64,000 nucleotides of DNA. It comes from a virus. Lineage: Duplodnaviria; Caudoviricetes. The stretch is from positions 1-64,000 of IMG/VR virus record IMGVR_UViG_3300021426_000006, one strand, 5' to 3'. Both the position numbers and the translations under genes were made by a program. This document shows, piece after piece, positions 38,427-50,575 of this stretch. The notes under the pieces are model-generated. The model saw nothing but the letters and a program-made list of their open reading frames with translations, was not told the DNA's origin and did not search any database. Position 1 is the stretch's first letter, and every line of letters begins with the position of its first letter.

Positions 38427-39253
38427 GACTGTTCATCTTGATTTCCTCCGGAACGCCTTGCATCTCGTTGATCTTCTCTTGCACGTTTTTGTGCTTCTTC
38501 TTGCTATTGACGCTTTCTCGCTTCTGCTCCAGCTACATAACTCACATAAAGATCGACAGCGCCGCTAACTAGATCATCAAAGGCGTCTATTGGCAATTCG
38601 CAAGGAGTTGAAGTAATTAAACTGAAATGTTGTGGTTGTTTATAATATGTAACTCTAATACCCTCTACAGTAGTATATCTATCATAAATTACTGTTATGG
38701 TAGGATTGCCATCTTTATACTAGTTCAGTACAACAACAGGATATTTGAGTATTCTTAAGTTGTTGTGTGGCGTTTCAATAATCTTCCATACTTCTGATTG
38801 TGATACAAGTCTATTAGGTAAAATTTTAGTACGTAGACTATCGTTAGATGAACCATTTTTAAATGAAAATGTAGAAGATACGTTCGAAACGCTTTTTAAA
38901 TACATATAAAAGTCGTTTGGTAGCATAAAGGTATAAGACCGAGCAGTATCTACTATAACAATTCCATTATTGTCGTGAATATTTGTAGATGCATCCTGTG
39001 TAGCAGTAACTTTTACATTATACGTAGCCAGCATAGATTGTAAAACACTTTCGAAATGAGAAGATAATTTTGATTCTGGTTGAACGTTATCTAGATTTCT
39101 ATATATTTCGTGAATATATTTGTCTTGATATTGGTTCAAATACGAATAAATTGTATCGGTGTCGAGTTTATTTTGAAGCTGCGTTTCCGGTATCATTGTT
39201 TGAATTCTACGTTCGAATTCAATACCTAGTTGTCGTGTTTCGTCTAATGTCAT
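38423..39253 (-). CDS. Tail ring protein (~276 aa, TAG=Gln)
   Basis: ATGA overlaps at both ends; YSYLNQYQDKYI; YYKQP...CELPIDAFDDLVSGAV. Confidence 0.75.
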
Positions 39254-40413
39254 GATTCAAGCCCTCTCATATTAAGTTTAGTGTTTAATCTACGTGATTC
39301 TACATTTTCTAACGCAAAAGATACAGCAAGACTTATTAACTCTTCTGCAACAGTATCGTTACACTCAAATATATATTCTGGTTGCTATTCCGTAACATCC
39401 TCATCATTTTCATCTTCAACCTAAAAGAAATAGAATGTATAACTTGAACGATCTCCTGTTTTCAAATCATTTAAGTCTTTTACAAAAGTATGCGGTTTTG
39501 TTATATAAGATAGAGATATATTAGGAATAGTAGGAACATCTATTGGATCATATACAATATACATAGAATTATTCTCTATATAACATACAGGTTCTTTTAC
39601 CCAAGGAATATTATAGTATGTAGAAAAGAATTTTTGAGCAACGTCATGCGAAACTAATCTTACTGTCAAACCCTTTTTATCCTGACCATCTAGAGGATAA
39701 ATTGTTTTCTTGTCTTCATGTTTTCTATATACAATAAGCTATTCGTTTGATGTCTAAATTTGCTTTGAGTAAATTGATTCTATCCATAACAAATATTTTT
39801 TAGTACTGTCTGGTGTTTCATGATCCCATGTAGTATACGTGTAATCATCTACTACAAAACTATCTTTTATATTATATAATCCAGGATCGTCTTCACCTAA
39901 ATCAATCAAGACAAAAGTATCTTCATTATTATCAAAATAACCTAGCTTTACGTTAACAACATTTCCGTCAAAATCAAATTTATCACCGGCATTGATTTTC
40001 TCAAGTGGAACATAAAAAGAAGCACCGTCTCCTCTATCTTCTAATGTCGTATCGTATACTCTTTCGTAAGAAATCGATGTATATTCAGGCCTCTTAAATA
40101 ATTGTGCGCTTACAAAGTATAGGAATCCATTTGGTAGTGTTGTAGTTACAACATTATCGGCTATCGTCGGATCTTTTGTAAGCAACCTACTTTCTGTAGT
40201 AATTAACGGTTGTATGTCTGAAATTGCCTTTAGATCAGATTCTAAAGTAGAACGTCTAAAATTATTACCAACAACCTTTTGCGATATAAGTGCGTTGTAA
40301 GCCTTATCAAGGAATGTAGCGACCTCGTATTCCGTTAACGATGGATATGACGAAGTAACATTTGCCTTGTCATATTCAATCATGAATTTAGTGTATATGT
40401 CTTTATGCGTCAT
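39250..40413 (-). CDS. Tail ring protein (~387 aa, TAG=Gln)
   Basis: Fragments at 39754 and 39421 are in one frame. FMIEYDKA..SSYPS...FLDKA N-terminus; FECNDTVAEELISLAV..ALENVES C-terminus; TGA at 39250. Confidence 0.75.
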
Positions 40414-40432
40414 ATCTCATTTGATCATAAGA

Positions 40433-41185
40433 TCACTTATTGTTTGTTTCGTTAATAATAGAAAGCTTTAGGTCTTGATTCTTCTTGTCGTCCAAATAAG
40501 CAATTGCATCGTCCAAACTATCTGCAAACATATCGCTTCCGTAAAAGTAATGTGTCTTATCTTTGCGTATAACGCCTTTGGCAATAGCCTGCTCTAATAC
40601 AAATTCTGTATCCTTACGCTTATTGTTTACCCACTTATCAAAAAATCTCTTTGGCTGTTTATCGACAAGTTCAAAAAGTGTAGATTCTACAAGTTCGTTA
40701 GACATTCTGTCAGCACTAACACCGAATAAACGCAAACATTTGCGCATCTGTTCCAACGACAGTTTGTCGAATTCTTTGATTGCGTCTCTACGTACTTTAT
40801 TTATCTTGTTAGCCTCTATAGCCTCAGCCTCACGATTTATAAGCAAATAATCTTTGCCCATAGTGAGCTTATCTAAAGAAGTAGATACACGCTTATGTCC
40901 GCTTAAGAACTTTATAATCATTGCTTGGCGAGGAATAGAGTCATCCAAAATAAGACCTCTAGATCCAACCTTTACGCAAAAATTAGTCCAAAAATCACTA
41001 GTTTTAGCTAAATGGCCCTCTTCATAACCCAAAGCCTTTTCAAAATATTTTTCATCTTCGGGGGTCAACCCGGTATAAATCGACCCAGATCTGGTAAAAT
41101 ACGGAGCAATGTAATCAAAACATGCCTTGTACTTAATCAAACCAGCCCAGGGATTCTTCTTCTTAATTTTTAATTCAACTACCAT
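40433..41185 (-). CDS. Conserved crAss-like protein downstream of MCP (~250 aa, no TAG)
   Basis: Intact ORF. The ATG at 41185 (MVVELKIKKK) is preferred because 41224 lies inside the hairpin. Confidence 0.8.
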   Translation of the reverse strand: MVVELKIKKKNPWAGLIKYKACFDYIAPYFTRSGSIYTGLTPEDEKYFEKALGYEEGHLAKTSDFWTNFCVKVGSRGLILDDSIPRQAMIIKFLSGHKRVSTSLDKLTMGKDYLLINREAEAIEANKINKVRRDAIKEFDKLSLEQMRKCLRLFGVSADRMSNELVESTLFELVDKQPKRFFDKWVNNKRKDTEFVLEQAIAKGVIRKDKTHYFYGSDMFADSLDDAIAYLDDKKNQDLKLSIINETNNK

Positions 41186-41204
41186 AATATAAATTAGTAT
41201 GTTG

Positions 41205-41243
41205 TAATGCTGAACGGGGCGCATAAGCGCCCCTCAGGCATTA
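41205..41243 (-). terminator. Stem-loop after MCP (terminator or mRNA-stabilising hairpin)
   Basis: TAATGC-TGA-ac-GGGGCGC-ataa-GCGCCCC-TCA-g-GCATTA; there is no clear U-tract, so it may be a processing/stability element. Confidence 0.55.
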
Positions 41244-41264
41244 TTTAATTTTTTGTGTTAAACA

Positions 41265-42776
41265 TTAATCTTGAGGGAGATTAGACGTTTCGCTATCATC
41301 TGCGTCGCAATACAGAATACCGCAAGACAGCGGGTTGCGAAGCATAATACCCTCTTCTCCGAGGAAGTGAACCTGATAACCATCACGGCTATTTGAACGC
41401 AGAGTATTTATACTATTTCCGTATCCACTAGGAACAACAGAACCGCCAGTCGTCCACTGTACAAACTCACGACCCTTACGACAAACCTTAACGATGTTTG
41501 CCTGTCCATCACGCTGACCGAGGTCAACAAACAGGAATGTATACGACATCAGGGGTTTACCGGTCAGAGGATGAAGCTGACGGAACATATCCATGTTATC
41601 GAACAGAGGACAACGCTTCAGAGTCAGCTCAATACCGTTGGTCATCTTATAAGTAGTAAACTGTCCGCCAAGAGTCAGGTTCTGACCACTACCAGTAACA
41701 AATACAGTATCGATCATATTAAAGCTTGCTACCTTCTCCTTCAGGATACGGTCAAACTCGCGAATACCCATCTCACCAGTCAGAGCGATAAACTTGCGCT
41801 CGTTTGTTCCAAGCATGTTATAGCAAAGATCAAACAGATAATCTTCGAGCAGTTCTGCGGTAAGAGTAGTATAGTAACGAACGTTAGCGGGGCTAATCTG
41901 CTCGAACAGACCAGACATTGTGGGTGCGGGTCTTCCATTTGAGCCTTTAGTAAGATAAGTACCATCAGAAAGACGATTTGACTTCGAGAAAAGTAGAGCC
42001 TTTTCCTCACGCTTCTTCCACTCACGAAGAGCAATCCAATACTGATAATCAGACCACAGATAAGATGTTTTACCAGACTCGGGATCCTTCAAAGCGATAG
42101 CGAGCACTGTGCTATAAGCATCACCGGTAATATCGTAAGACAAACGAAGAGTCTGAAGATGGTTACGCATCTTAAAAGGAGTCTGATAGTTGATGATATC
42201 TGCCTCATCACTATACTCCTCGTAAGCAGAACCCATACGGCTTACCTGACGACCAGGAAGCAGGAACTCTCCAGGGATATAAGCAGCTTGAGAACCATCA
42301 ACAACATAACACTCATACACCCAAGCGTTACCGTCCTGATAAGGAGTAGCGCCAACACGAACCTGGAAACGATAGTCGTCGAATGACAGGATAGCACCTA
42401 CGTTAAACCACTTCTCTTCGAGAGCGATATAAATAGGAGCACCGTTGGCACCAGGAGTAATTTGGTTAAAGTTGCTTGTATTAACTTCTACACCGTTAGA
42501 CTTAGCCCAACGAATGTTTACAGCATGATCGCTGTCGATCATCACAGACCACTCAAACTCGCGGTTGTCGATAATCATAGTTTTGCCGAGACCGCCAGTA
42601 ATAAGGTCAATTGCGGTAGATACACCGTCATCTTTTGTACCAAATACCAGTGACAGAAGACCAGATACCTCATGAGGTCTTGTCAGCAGTGCATTAGAAA
42701 TCATATTCTCATCTACCAGGTCCGAGAAACGACGTCCACGATACAGCTGGAGATTATTAAGTAAACTATTATTCAT
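41265..42776 (-). CDS. Major capsid protein (503 aa, no TAG)
   Basis: crAss-type MCP motifs (VFGTKDDG, SAYEEYS, MRNHLQTLRLSYDITGDAYSTV, TGEMGIREF, DGYQVHFLGEEGI); strong codon bias. Confidence 0.92.
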   Translation of the reverse strand: MNNSLLNNLQLYRGRRFSDLVDENMISNALLTRPHEVSGLLSLVFGTKDDGVSTAIDLITGGLGKTMIIDNREFEWSVMIDSDHAVNIRWAKSNGVEVNTSNFNQITPGANGAPIYIALEEKWFNVGAILSFDDYRFQVRVGATPYQDGNAWVYECYVVDGSQAAYIPGEFLLPGRQVSRMGSAYEEYSDEADIINYQTPFKMRNHLQTLRLSYDITGDAYSTVLAIALKDPESGKTSYLWSDYQYWIALREWKKREEKALLFSKSNRLSDGTYLTKGSNGRPAPTMSGLFEQISPANVRYYTTLTAELLEDYLFDLCYNMLGTNERKFIALTGEMGIREFDRILKEKVASFNMIDTVFVTGSGQNLTLGGQFTTYKMTNGIELTLKRCPLFDNMDMFRQLHPLTGKPLMSYTFLFVDLGQRDGQANIVKVCRKGREFVQWTTGGSVVPSGYGNSINTLRSNSRDGYQVHFLGEEGIMLRNPLSCGILYCDADDSETSNLPQD

Positions 42777-42789
42777 AAATTAATTAATT

Positions 42790-43956
42790 TTAAAACAGAC
42801 CTGAGGCAAGATCTACAACTGATTTTTGTTTTTCTTGATCAATATTAAATGTTGAATGGTTTTTTTGCGTATGTCTTAGAAGTTTTCTAAGCTTTTCTGC
42901 AGCAGACGTTTCTCCAGTCTTTTTAGCGTTTGAAATAAGAGCATCAGCTTTCATTGTAAAATAAGCTGATTCGATTAGGTTTTTTGAAAGATTTTTATTA
43001 AAATCCTTTTGATATTGTGACAACCCATCGCTGTCTACTTTAAATATATATTCAAACAAAGCCTTCCTATCTTCTTTAGGAATAGAGATTCCACGAATAT
43101 CTGTAAGGTTATTTATGTCATTAGAAACAGAATTAAAGAATTCTCTAGAAGCTGCTTCTTGTTGCTCTGCATATTCGCGTTGCTTTCTAGAAGCCTCTTC
43201 TTCTTCTCGCTTTCTAATTGATTTAAGCCTTTCTAATGCGTCTTCAGATTCCTCGTAAAGCATATCGGCATCTTCGTATCTATTGATTCGTTTGTTAATT
43301 TGATCGTCCGTATACCCATCATGCTTCAATAGTTCTCTTATTACGTTCTTCTGATTACTCTCATCTTCCATATCTATAGAATCAAGAGCTAGATCATTTT
43401 TTTGTATACTGTAAAAATCTTCAAAATTTCCGCCGTTCTTAATGTATTCGTCAAGCATCTGAACACGTTCGTCTGCATACTGCGGAACTGAATTTTGTTT
43501 TACAGCTTCTGTAAGATATTGTGTAAGATCGTCTACAGTAAGCGGTCTATCTTCATCTTTTATATCAGACATATTCCAGCCAAGAGACTCTCCAACCGCC
43601 TCAAAGAGAAGACCGATTTTCTGAGCTTCTATTAGATCAGATTCGGTCGGCGTTTCGTCATTGCCATCTTCTTCAGATTCGAGAGTCTGATTTTGTTCTA
43701 CGTTGTTCATTTTGTCAAGAACATCCTGTGGAATGTTACTGTTGTCTTCTTTTGCTGTTTTATCTTCAACAACAGGTTCTTTTTCATTACCTTCCTCAGC
43801 TTGTGCTGGAACAGTTTCTTTATCTTCTTCAAGCGGTGTTGTTGGAGGGAATAGGTCATCTACATTTGATATTCCATTACCCTCTTCAGCGTTGCTATAG
43901 ATGTTTCCTAAAACATCTTCAAAGCCGCTTGGAATTGTATTTTTCTTTTTTGCCAT
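42790..43956 (-). CDS. Putative capsid scaffolding protein (388 aa, acidic, no TAG)
   Basis: Acidic disordered N-terminus and coiled-coil C-terminus; directly upstream of MCP. Confidence 0.7.
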   Translation of the reverse strand: MAKKKNTIPSGFEDVLGNIYSNAEEGNGISNVDDLFPPTTPLEEDKETVPAQAEEGNEKEPVVEDKTAKEDNSNIPQDVLDKMNNVEQNQTLESEEDGNDETPTESDLIEAQKIGLLFEAVGESLGWNMSDIKDEDRPLTVDDLTQYLTEAVKQNSVPQYADERVQMLDEYIKNGGNFEDFYSIQKNDLALDSIDMEDESNQKNVIRELLKHDGYTDDQINKRINRYEDADMLYEESEDALERLKSIRKREEEEASRKQREYAEQQEAASREFFNSVSNDINNLTDIRGISIPKEDRKALFEYIFKVDSDGLSQYQKDFNKNLSKNLIESAYFTMKADALISNAKKTGETSAAEKLRKLLRHTQKNHSTFNIDQEKQKSVVDLASGLF

Positions 43957-43988
43957 ATTGCAATATAGTTAATTAAGTTTTATTTTAT

Positions 43989-44150
43989 TCAGACTTCATT
44001 GTCTGTATTTTGTAAAAGTTTTATAGTTTTGCATCTACGAATAAGCTCAACAAGTTCATTAGGAGATACGCTAATGGTTTTCCATACATATGTTGGGTCA
44101 CACCCGCAAGTTCCACCGAGCCACCATTCTTCTTGTATTTGTATTTTCAT
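43989..44150 (-). CDS. Small hypothetical protein (~53 aa)
   Basis: ATG at 44150 lies 1 nt after the upstream TAA; MKIQIQEEWWLGGTCGCDP...; TGA at 43989. Confidence 0.55.
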   Translation of the reverse strand: MKIQIQEEWWLGGTCGCDPTYVWKTISVSPNELVELIRRCKTIKLLQNTDNEV

Positions 44151-44151
44151 A

Positions 44152-45864
44152 TTACTTATTATTATGCAATCCATATCCAATACCTCCAACGACTGGCGCA
44201 GTAAGCGTTGTCGCGTTTTCATTGAGCCATTTTGCAGCTTTTTCGTAGTCTGTTATAATATTAAAAAACCGACTCATATTATTGTCCATGTTTGACGGAT
44301 CCATAAAATATTTTCCACTCGCATAACGTAGATGAGCGGCAGTCAATGGTTCGTGTACTAGACCAAACATATCTTTTAATTGTGTACCTCTCGCGGCAAG
44401 TTCGTCGGATCCATTTTTTACAAAGTAGTCGTCCAAAGGTAAGTTGCTTAAATCAAACCCTTCTGGAGTGTTGTGTATCTTGTCAAACGCATGATGCCTT
44501 TCGTGAGACACCACTTTCCAATATAAATCTTCAGCTTCACTCTATGTCAATTTTCTACCTAGCTGAGCTTCTCTTGTAGAAAACAATTTTGATTTTGATA
44601 TAAATATAGGTTTATCTTTAAGCGGTAGCATAAAACCAGCAGACGACGATCGAACCTACGGATCACTCAAAAACTTGATTGCACCATCCCTGTTTCCGAA
44701 AGCGTTATTTTCTAACCACTGGATTGCTGATTCATAATCAGCAGCGTCGTCAATATTATATACCCTACCGACTCCTTCTACAAAATCTCCATTAATACGA
44801 GCACGATTGTTATGCAAGTTAAATATTTGCTTTCCGTGAAAACCTTTATTTTCGTAAAGCATCTTTTCAATCATGTCTGCTTCTTGCCGTGTTGTAAATT
44901 TTTGTGTTATTGGATCTATTGTATACTTTTGTGCGTTTTCCGGTATATTCGGATACACATCTGGTAATTTTGGTTTTTTGAGAATATTACCTACTTCGTA
45001 TTCCGGGTGAACAGCCCGCCATGCATCGTCACGAGCTTTCATTTTTGCGATTTCTTTGCGCACATTATCGTAATCTATAATCTTTGATTGCTTTAATGGC
45101 TATAAAAAACCTCTAACACCAGATAAAATATCAAATTCTGGGCTGACTGTTTCGAGACCCTGGTTCATAGGTAGCCCAGTAAAGGGATTGTGTGTAGCGT
45201 TGTATTCATCTCTCCATTTAACAGCTTGTTCCGAATTATCTATCTTTTTCGGAACATACGTGTATTTAGTTTTTCTTGGAGTTACAACAAGACCTTCGAA
45301 AGTTCTAGTCATATCGTCGTTTGCAGCCCTGAACCAACCTCCTTGACCGTCTTGGTAATATCTATATGAATCCTTACCATCATCAAATTTAGGAATTTTC
45401 CATACATTCTTTTTTGGAACATATCTGTCATAAACAACGCCTTTTTCTAGTCTATAGTTTTCTCTAAAATCCTAATTGTCCGGACCCCAATAGCCATATA
45501 CGTCTTCCATCCATCTTGTTGGATGACTATTTGGTTTCATGAATTCATAATTGCCAGTAGATTTATCGTATGCCACACTGTTTGCGTGCCAGGAAGGTAT
45601 TTCTATGCCATACTGTCCGTACTTTCCACTATTGCCAAGAGTATACATTCCCTGCCCAATTGCTTCGGAGAATGTTTTTGGTTTATCATTCAACTCCCAA
45701 TAACGTCTCGTCCTGTAATCTCCTATTGGCTTTTGATTATCTGGAAGAGTTTGGCGGAAAGACTCAAATTCTTCATCATCAACAGGCTTACCGTTCTTAT
45801 ACGCAGGCAAACCTTCTTTCCATCTCTTAAAACGCTCTCTAAATTGTGTTGGATCTCTACGCAT
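44152..45864 (-). CDS. Virion-associated protein with a C-terminal zincin-like motif (~570 aa, TAG=Gln)
   Basis: Fragments at 45472, 45100, 44656 and 44152 are in one frame; HERHH...DELAARGTQL; lies between portal and scaffold. Confidence 0.72.
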
Positions 45865-46021
45865 ACATACCTCCTTCCATTCTATTAGATAATAAATTAG
45901 CTATTAAGTTGTGTATAAAATCATTAGCTTCATCATGCTGTACTAAATGAAATATAGCTCTTAGAAGCTCATTGTTTTGTCTTGTAAGCTCTAAGAGCTC
46001 TTGTTCTTCATTTCTTGTCAT
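45827..46021 (-). CDS. Small coiled-coil protein (54 aa if TAG at 45857 stops, 64 aa with read-through); absent from the ORF track
   Basis: ATG at 46021 overlaps the portal TGA; MTRNEEQELLELTRQNNELLRAI... Confidence 0.6.
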
Positions 46022-48507
46022 TTCTCTCCTGAAACTTTGTTTGCCCTAGCTGTACGTGCTTTAATCTTCTCTCTTTCAAGAGCAGCTTCATCTTTGGCTT
46101 TCTGCAATTCCATCTCGTGCTTCATACGCTCACGTTCAAGCTCAATCTTCTTATCTTCAATCTCTTTCTTTTGTTTAGCCTCGTAACGCTTAGTATATTC
46201 GTCAGACAGAATCTTACGTTGTTGTGTAGCATCTTTGGCGATCTCCATTGGATCAGGTATATTGTTTGCGTTCGCATCCTTGTCCTCAGTTCCACGATAA
46301 GCACTAATCTCAGCTACAGCAATCTTAGTTTGATTATCAGCATCGATCTTATATCTCTCAAGATCCATCTTAGCTTCCTCAAGCATAAGTTCTTGTTCAC
46401 GCTGTTCGTTCTGCATCTGTTGTAACTGTACAGCTTGCTGTTGTTCTGCTTCTTGTGCTTGCTGTTGCATTTGCTCTTGACGAGTCTGCATCTCCTGAAG
46501 CTTTTGCTTGATTATGTTAAAGTTATCGTTAGTAAGGATTTCAGCAGCTTCAAGTAGACTAGCACCATTCTACATCGCAGGTTGAATGAGTTGTTGAAGT
46601 TTTTGTATGTTCTCAAGATCTTTAGATGTATCTGTTACAAACACATCCATGTCTTCATAATAGAATTTATCAGAAATGTCTATATATGCGCGCTCTCCAT
46701 TATCAAACACATACGACAGTTTTTGTTTACCTGTTTGTTCCCAAGCTCCTTTTGCTGTATTTAGAAGCATATTGAGCACATGTCGTTTGCATTGGTTGTG
46801 TGCCCAGAATAAAGGTTCTGTAATATGTGAAGACTGTACAACTGATCGCTCCACGTTACCAACAAGTTCATTAGAACTAATTGCTCCTTGCCGCTGCTCT
46901 GTAATACCAGATATAGTACCAGCCAGTTGTTCTATCTTATCCATTAACTGAATGTACTCTGCTATTACGTTGGACATAGTAAGATCGAGAGATGTAATCT
47001 GATTAAACGTAGCAGGTTTACCTCCTTCTCGTCCAGGAACGTTCCAACCTTCTTCGTAAGGATTTATAAAGTTCACACCTACACTGGATAAGTAATGCAT
47101 CCAACGATCTGGAGTTATATTCATGGACTTTGGGATCTAAGTAATATCCATGTTTATTACTTTACCCTTATCTCTTGCAATTGCCAACTCTAAACGATAC
47201 CACAGTACGATATACATGTATTGCAGTGGTTTGAGTATACTAACAAGCGATCTGGGCCTGCTGTTTGTATTGCTGTATATACAACCACAATAAGGAAGCT
47301 TTTGAGAATTTGGGTTATCTATAGATACATGCTGGTATTCCAACGGCTGTATGCCAAAGTATAAATCAGAACCAGCTCTATATCCCTCCCACACTTCTAT
47401 AATCCAATCGGGTTCTACAGAAAGCTCTGTACCAGTCTTTTTATAGCTTTCGTCTGCTATTTCTATCTAAGGCTGGCCAGCTTCATCTAGAGTAGTGACG
47501 TAATATATTTTCTTAAACGACTTCCAGCAACAATGCCATACGTTTATAGAATATCTATTCTTCTAATCAAACGCAGGATTGTCGTATATGCGCCACTGGA
47601 TACCACCGCCAAAATTATCTACAGGATCTTTTTCTCCTGCGTCATTCATTGGCACACCAGTAAGCATTTCGTTCAATTTATTAAGATCTTTTTCTGAAAT
47701 TTTATTGAAATATCTATCGTAAACCTCATATACAGGCAAACGCATCTTCCTACAACACCATGACCCGTCTTCTATGAATTCTAAGTCGGGACTCTTATCG
47801 TGTGAGAAATACATCGGGTTCACTCTTTCTGCGTAAGGCTCGTCGTTTAGAACACCAACGTAATATACTTCCTCTCCTGCAATCAATGCATCTTTCCACG
47901 CTTTCAAAAACTCATTATCCAAATTAAGCTTTTCTCGCAAGTATACGAGTGTATGATATGCAGTATTTTCTACAACGTCTTTATAATCGCGCTGCATGTA
48001 TTTTGCAATCGCCTCTGGAGGCATTATTTCCCCGCTTTGGAGTTGCTGCTAGAACTATTGCTGCTCCTCTGGACTCATTTTTCCAGTAATTGCAGCCATT
48101 ATATACTGCATGAGGAACTCTTTCTCTTTATCCATCAATTCGGATGCAGCTTCCTGAGAAGTACGCACAACTCTAAAATTCATCGGTCTCTTTGTTTCTT
48201 CACCTATAAGAAGGTCTATCTTAGGCCGGATAATATTGAAGTCTTGCGGGCTTGCGGGAAATCCGTCTTCAACTTTAAAAGGATTTGTCACTCGTTTAAA
48301 ATCCTTTTCGTCAAATATACTATTATATAGATTATAATAAGTTTGCATTTCCCCGAATTGTGTCTTACTCAAGCCTCCAGATGCCACATTACCTTCTCCG
48401 ATAATGTAGTTTACACAATCATGCTACCATTTTTCGTTCTTTTTTGATAATGGTAGTTTCTATTGAGGAAACGTCGAATTGTATAAATTGTCTTCTACTT
48501 TAATCAT
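46018..48507 (-). CDS. Portal protein (~829 aa, TAG=Gln)
   Basis: Five fragments in one frame. FPQ*KLP..KKNEKW, NIIRPKIDLLIGEE, WEGYRAG, YIVLWYRLELAIARDKGK and GITEQRQG...VGNVER are crAss portal motifs. Follows TerL. Confidence 0.9.
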
Positions 48508-48509
48508 TG

Positions 48510-50570
48510 TTAAAAGCTAAATAACGGTATGTCATCGTTTACATTGTCTTTGGAAGCAAACCATTGCTAACTAAACAGTGGTAATTCGAAGAGCTCAACC
48601 TATTTGTTTTTATCTTTTGCAGCGGCCACTTTTACTTGAAACAATTCTTCTCTGTATATCATTGTCATACAAAGAGCTATCACTCGGTCTACGTTTTTTA
48701 TACCGTCGTTTTCAATAAGTTCTTCTATAAGCGGTTCGCTGTATACTCTCTCTATATTAGGGTGTCCTGGCTCATATTCTTCCATCAACCATTCTAATAT
48801 TAAACCTTCTCCATACGCCCTAATAGCTTTTGTCATGTGGCAGCCTTTTCGGCGCTGCACTTTACTGTCTTTAAAGACTTCCGATATAATTTTATCTGGC
48901 TAATCTGCCAGCAAATAATCACAGTGTTTATTTGTAAAATATGGGTATATGCCCTTTCTTTCGTTCTCAAATAACAGTCGCGCATTATAGAATATCAAAA
49001 GCTTTCTAACATTTTCATAATATTCTTCTGCTGTATCTGGACGACCTGTGTATTCGGCTACAATTACGTCATTCCATGCTTCCCCTGCGCGTACTCTTTT
49101 AAATATAAAAGTAGATCCTAAGGAATTTGTAAATGACTCATCGTGGTCATACGGATCACAACCGCCGATGTATAAGCCGAATGGGGGGTCTGGGATAGGA
49201 TATTCCCATATGACTACAGATCCGTTTGGTTTGTCATCTTTTTTTAAATGGTATGTTGTTATATCTCCTGATTTCTTTTCTGTCGCCTACACACCGCCAT
49301 TTCCATCCCAACTAAGATCAACTATGTGTTTCATGTTTTTAATCTTTGTGTTGGTACGTATTTTCGTCAATTGATCCATTAGCAACTTTCTAGGGAATAT
49401 ATTTTTACCCAACTCTAATACAGCTTCTTGCGGTTTTAAAGGACGTTCTGATATAAATCTATCTATAGATGTTTGTGATGCTCCTCCATCTTTAATTGTA
49501 TTACGTTGGTTTATAAGTTCTTCAATAGCTTTTTCTTTTAAGCTGTTTCCAAACTTATCCATAAATATTTGGTTTCCAGCATCATCAAACGACTATAAAT
49601 TGCTCCAAGCAGGCACAAAAAATCCGCATTCTGTTTGTTCCTATCCGTCATCCCAAATATTAGGAAAACTCAAAACATTGAATGCTTTAGGGTTATAAAA
49701 TATGTTTTTTAGACCGTCGAACGATCCACCCTCAGTACCACCAGTTCCAAATAAACAAAGTAGACCGAAAGCTACACCATCGTCGGTTTCTACAGCAGGC
49801 TGCTCTATTCGCCAAGCTGTTTCTAGATTCGGGAATTTACCACCTTCTTCAAATAGTACAAGCTTGCCACGAGTACCACGAAGACGTTCTGGATCATTTT
49901 TCAAAGTAATACCTGTTATACTTGACAAATATCCTTGTTCAGTTTGTTTACCAAATTCGTCTGTAACTTTATATCCAGATACCCTTTCCAATCTAGTAGA
50001 TGTCAATCTTTGTTTTGACCAAGCTGTATGCTTGTCAACAAAATCCATTATCTACCATGCTTTTGTAAGTAATCCGTCACCAACTAGAAACTTTTGTTCA
50101 GAAGCGACAGCAAAATTTTTAGATCCAGGTATGAGTTCATAATTTCTCACCAACATAGAAGCTCCTTTGAAACTATAACCTCTCTATCTACATTTTAGAG
50201 TAGCCATATGTTTTCCTTGCTATTCAGCTTCTTCTATTGCGTTGAAATAATAATAATCATAATCCCAAAAATCAGGAAAGTTTAATATACGTTCTCGTTT
50301 TGTACGTATATTACCATACCTATCAGTGTACTCTTTTTCTTCAAGTTTCATGATAGGGCTGTAATTTAAATAGAAGTAATGGTAACCTGTTATAGCGTCT
50401 CCATCAGGTGCCACATATCCATTTAAACACCTATTTGTTTCTTGCTCCCAAAATTGTATATAATCGGTAGTACCTCTGGGAGCTAATGTATAACAGCCGT
50501 GTTCTTGAAAAAATATAGCCGACTGTCGAAACTTATCAGAAGAATAAATTTTTTTATTAAAGTCTACCAT
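48510..50570 (-). CDS. terL: Terminase large subunit (~686 aa, TAG=Gln)
   Basis: Walker A LKCR*RGYSFK, Walker B LVLFEEGG, GTGG coupling motif, nuclease YIGGCDPYD and NVDRVIAL; TAA at 48510. Confidence 0.93.
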
Positions 50571-50575
50571 AGCTA

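Noticed and set aside
40433-41224. Start codon at 41224, and similar track starts at 44222, 34841 and 34038
   Set aside because: These starts fall within a hairpin or deep inside the upstream gene. Downstream ATGs at 41185, 44150, 34820 and 33984 fit the gene packing better.
48510-50570. Intron or intein in TerL, MCP or RNAP (common in Crassvirales)
   Set aside because: Frames are continuous, TerL and MCP have ordinary lengths, and I saw no LAGLIDADG, HNH or intein-terminal motifs. A small insertion in the giant RNAP cannot be fully excluded by eye.
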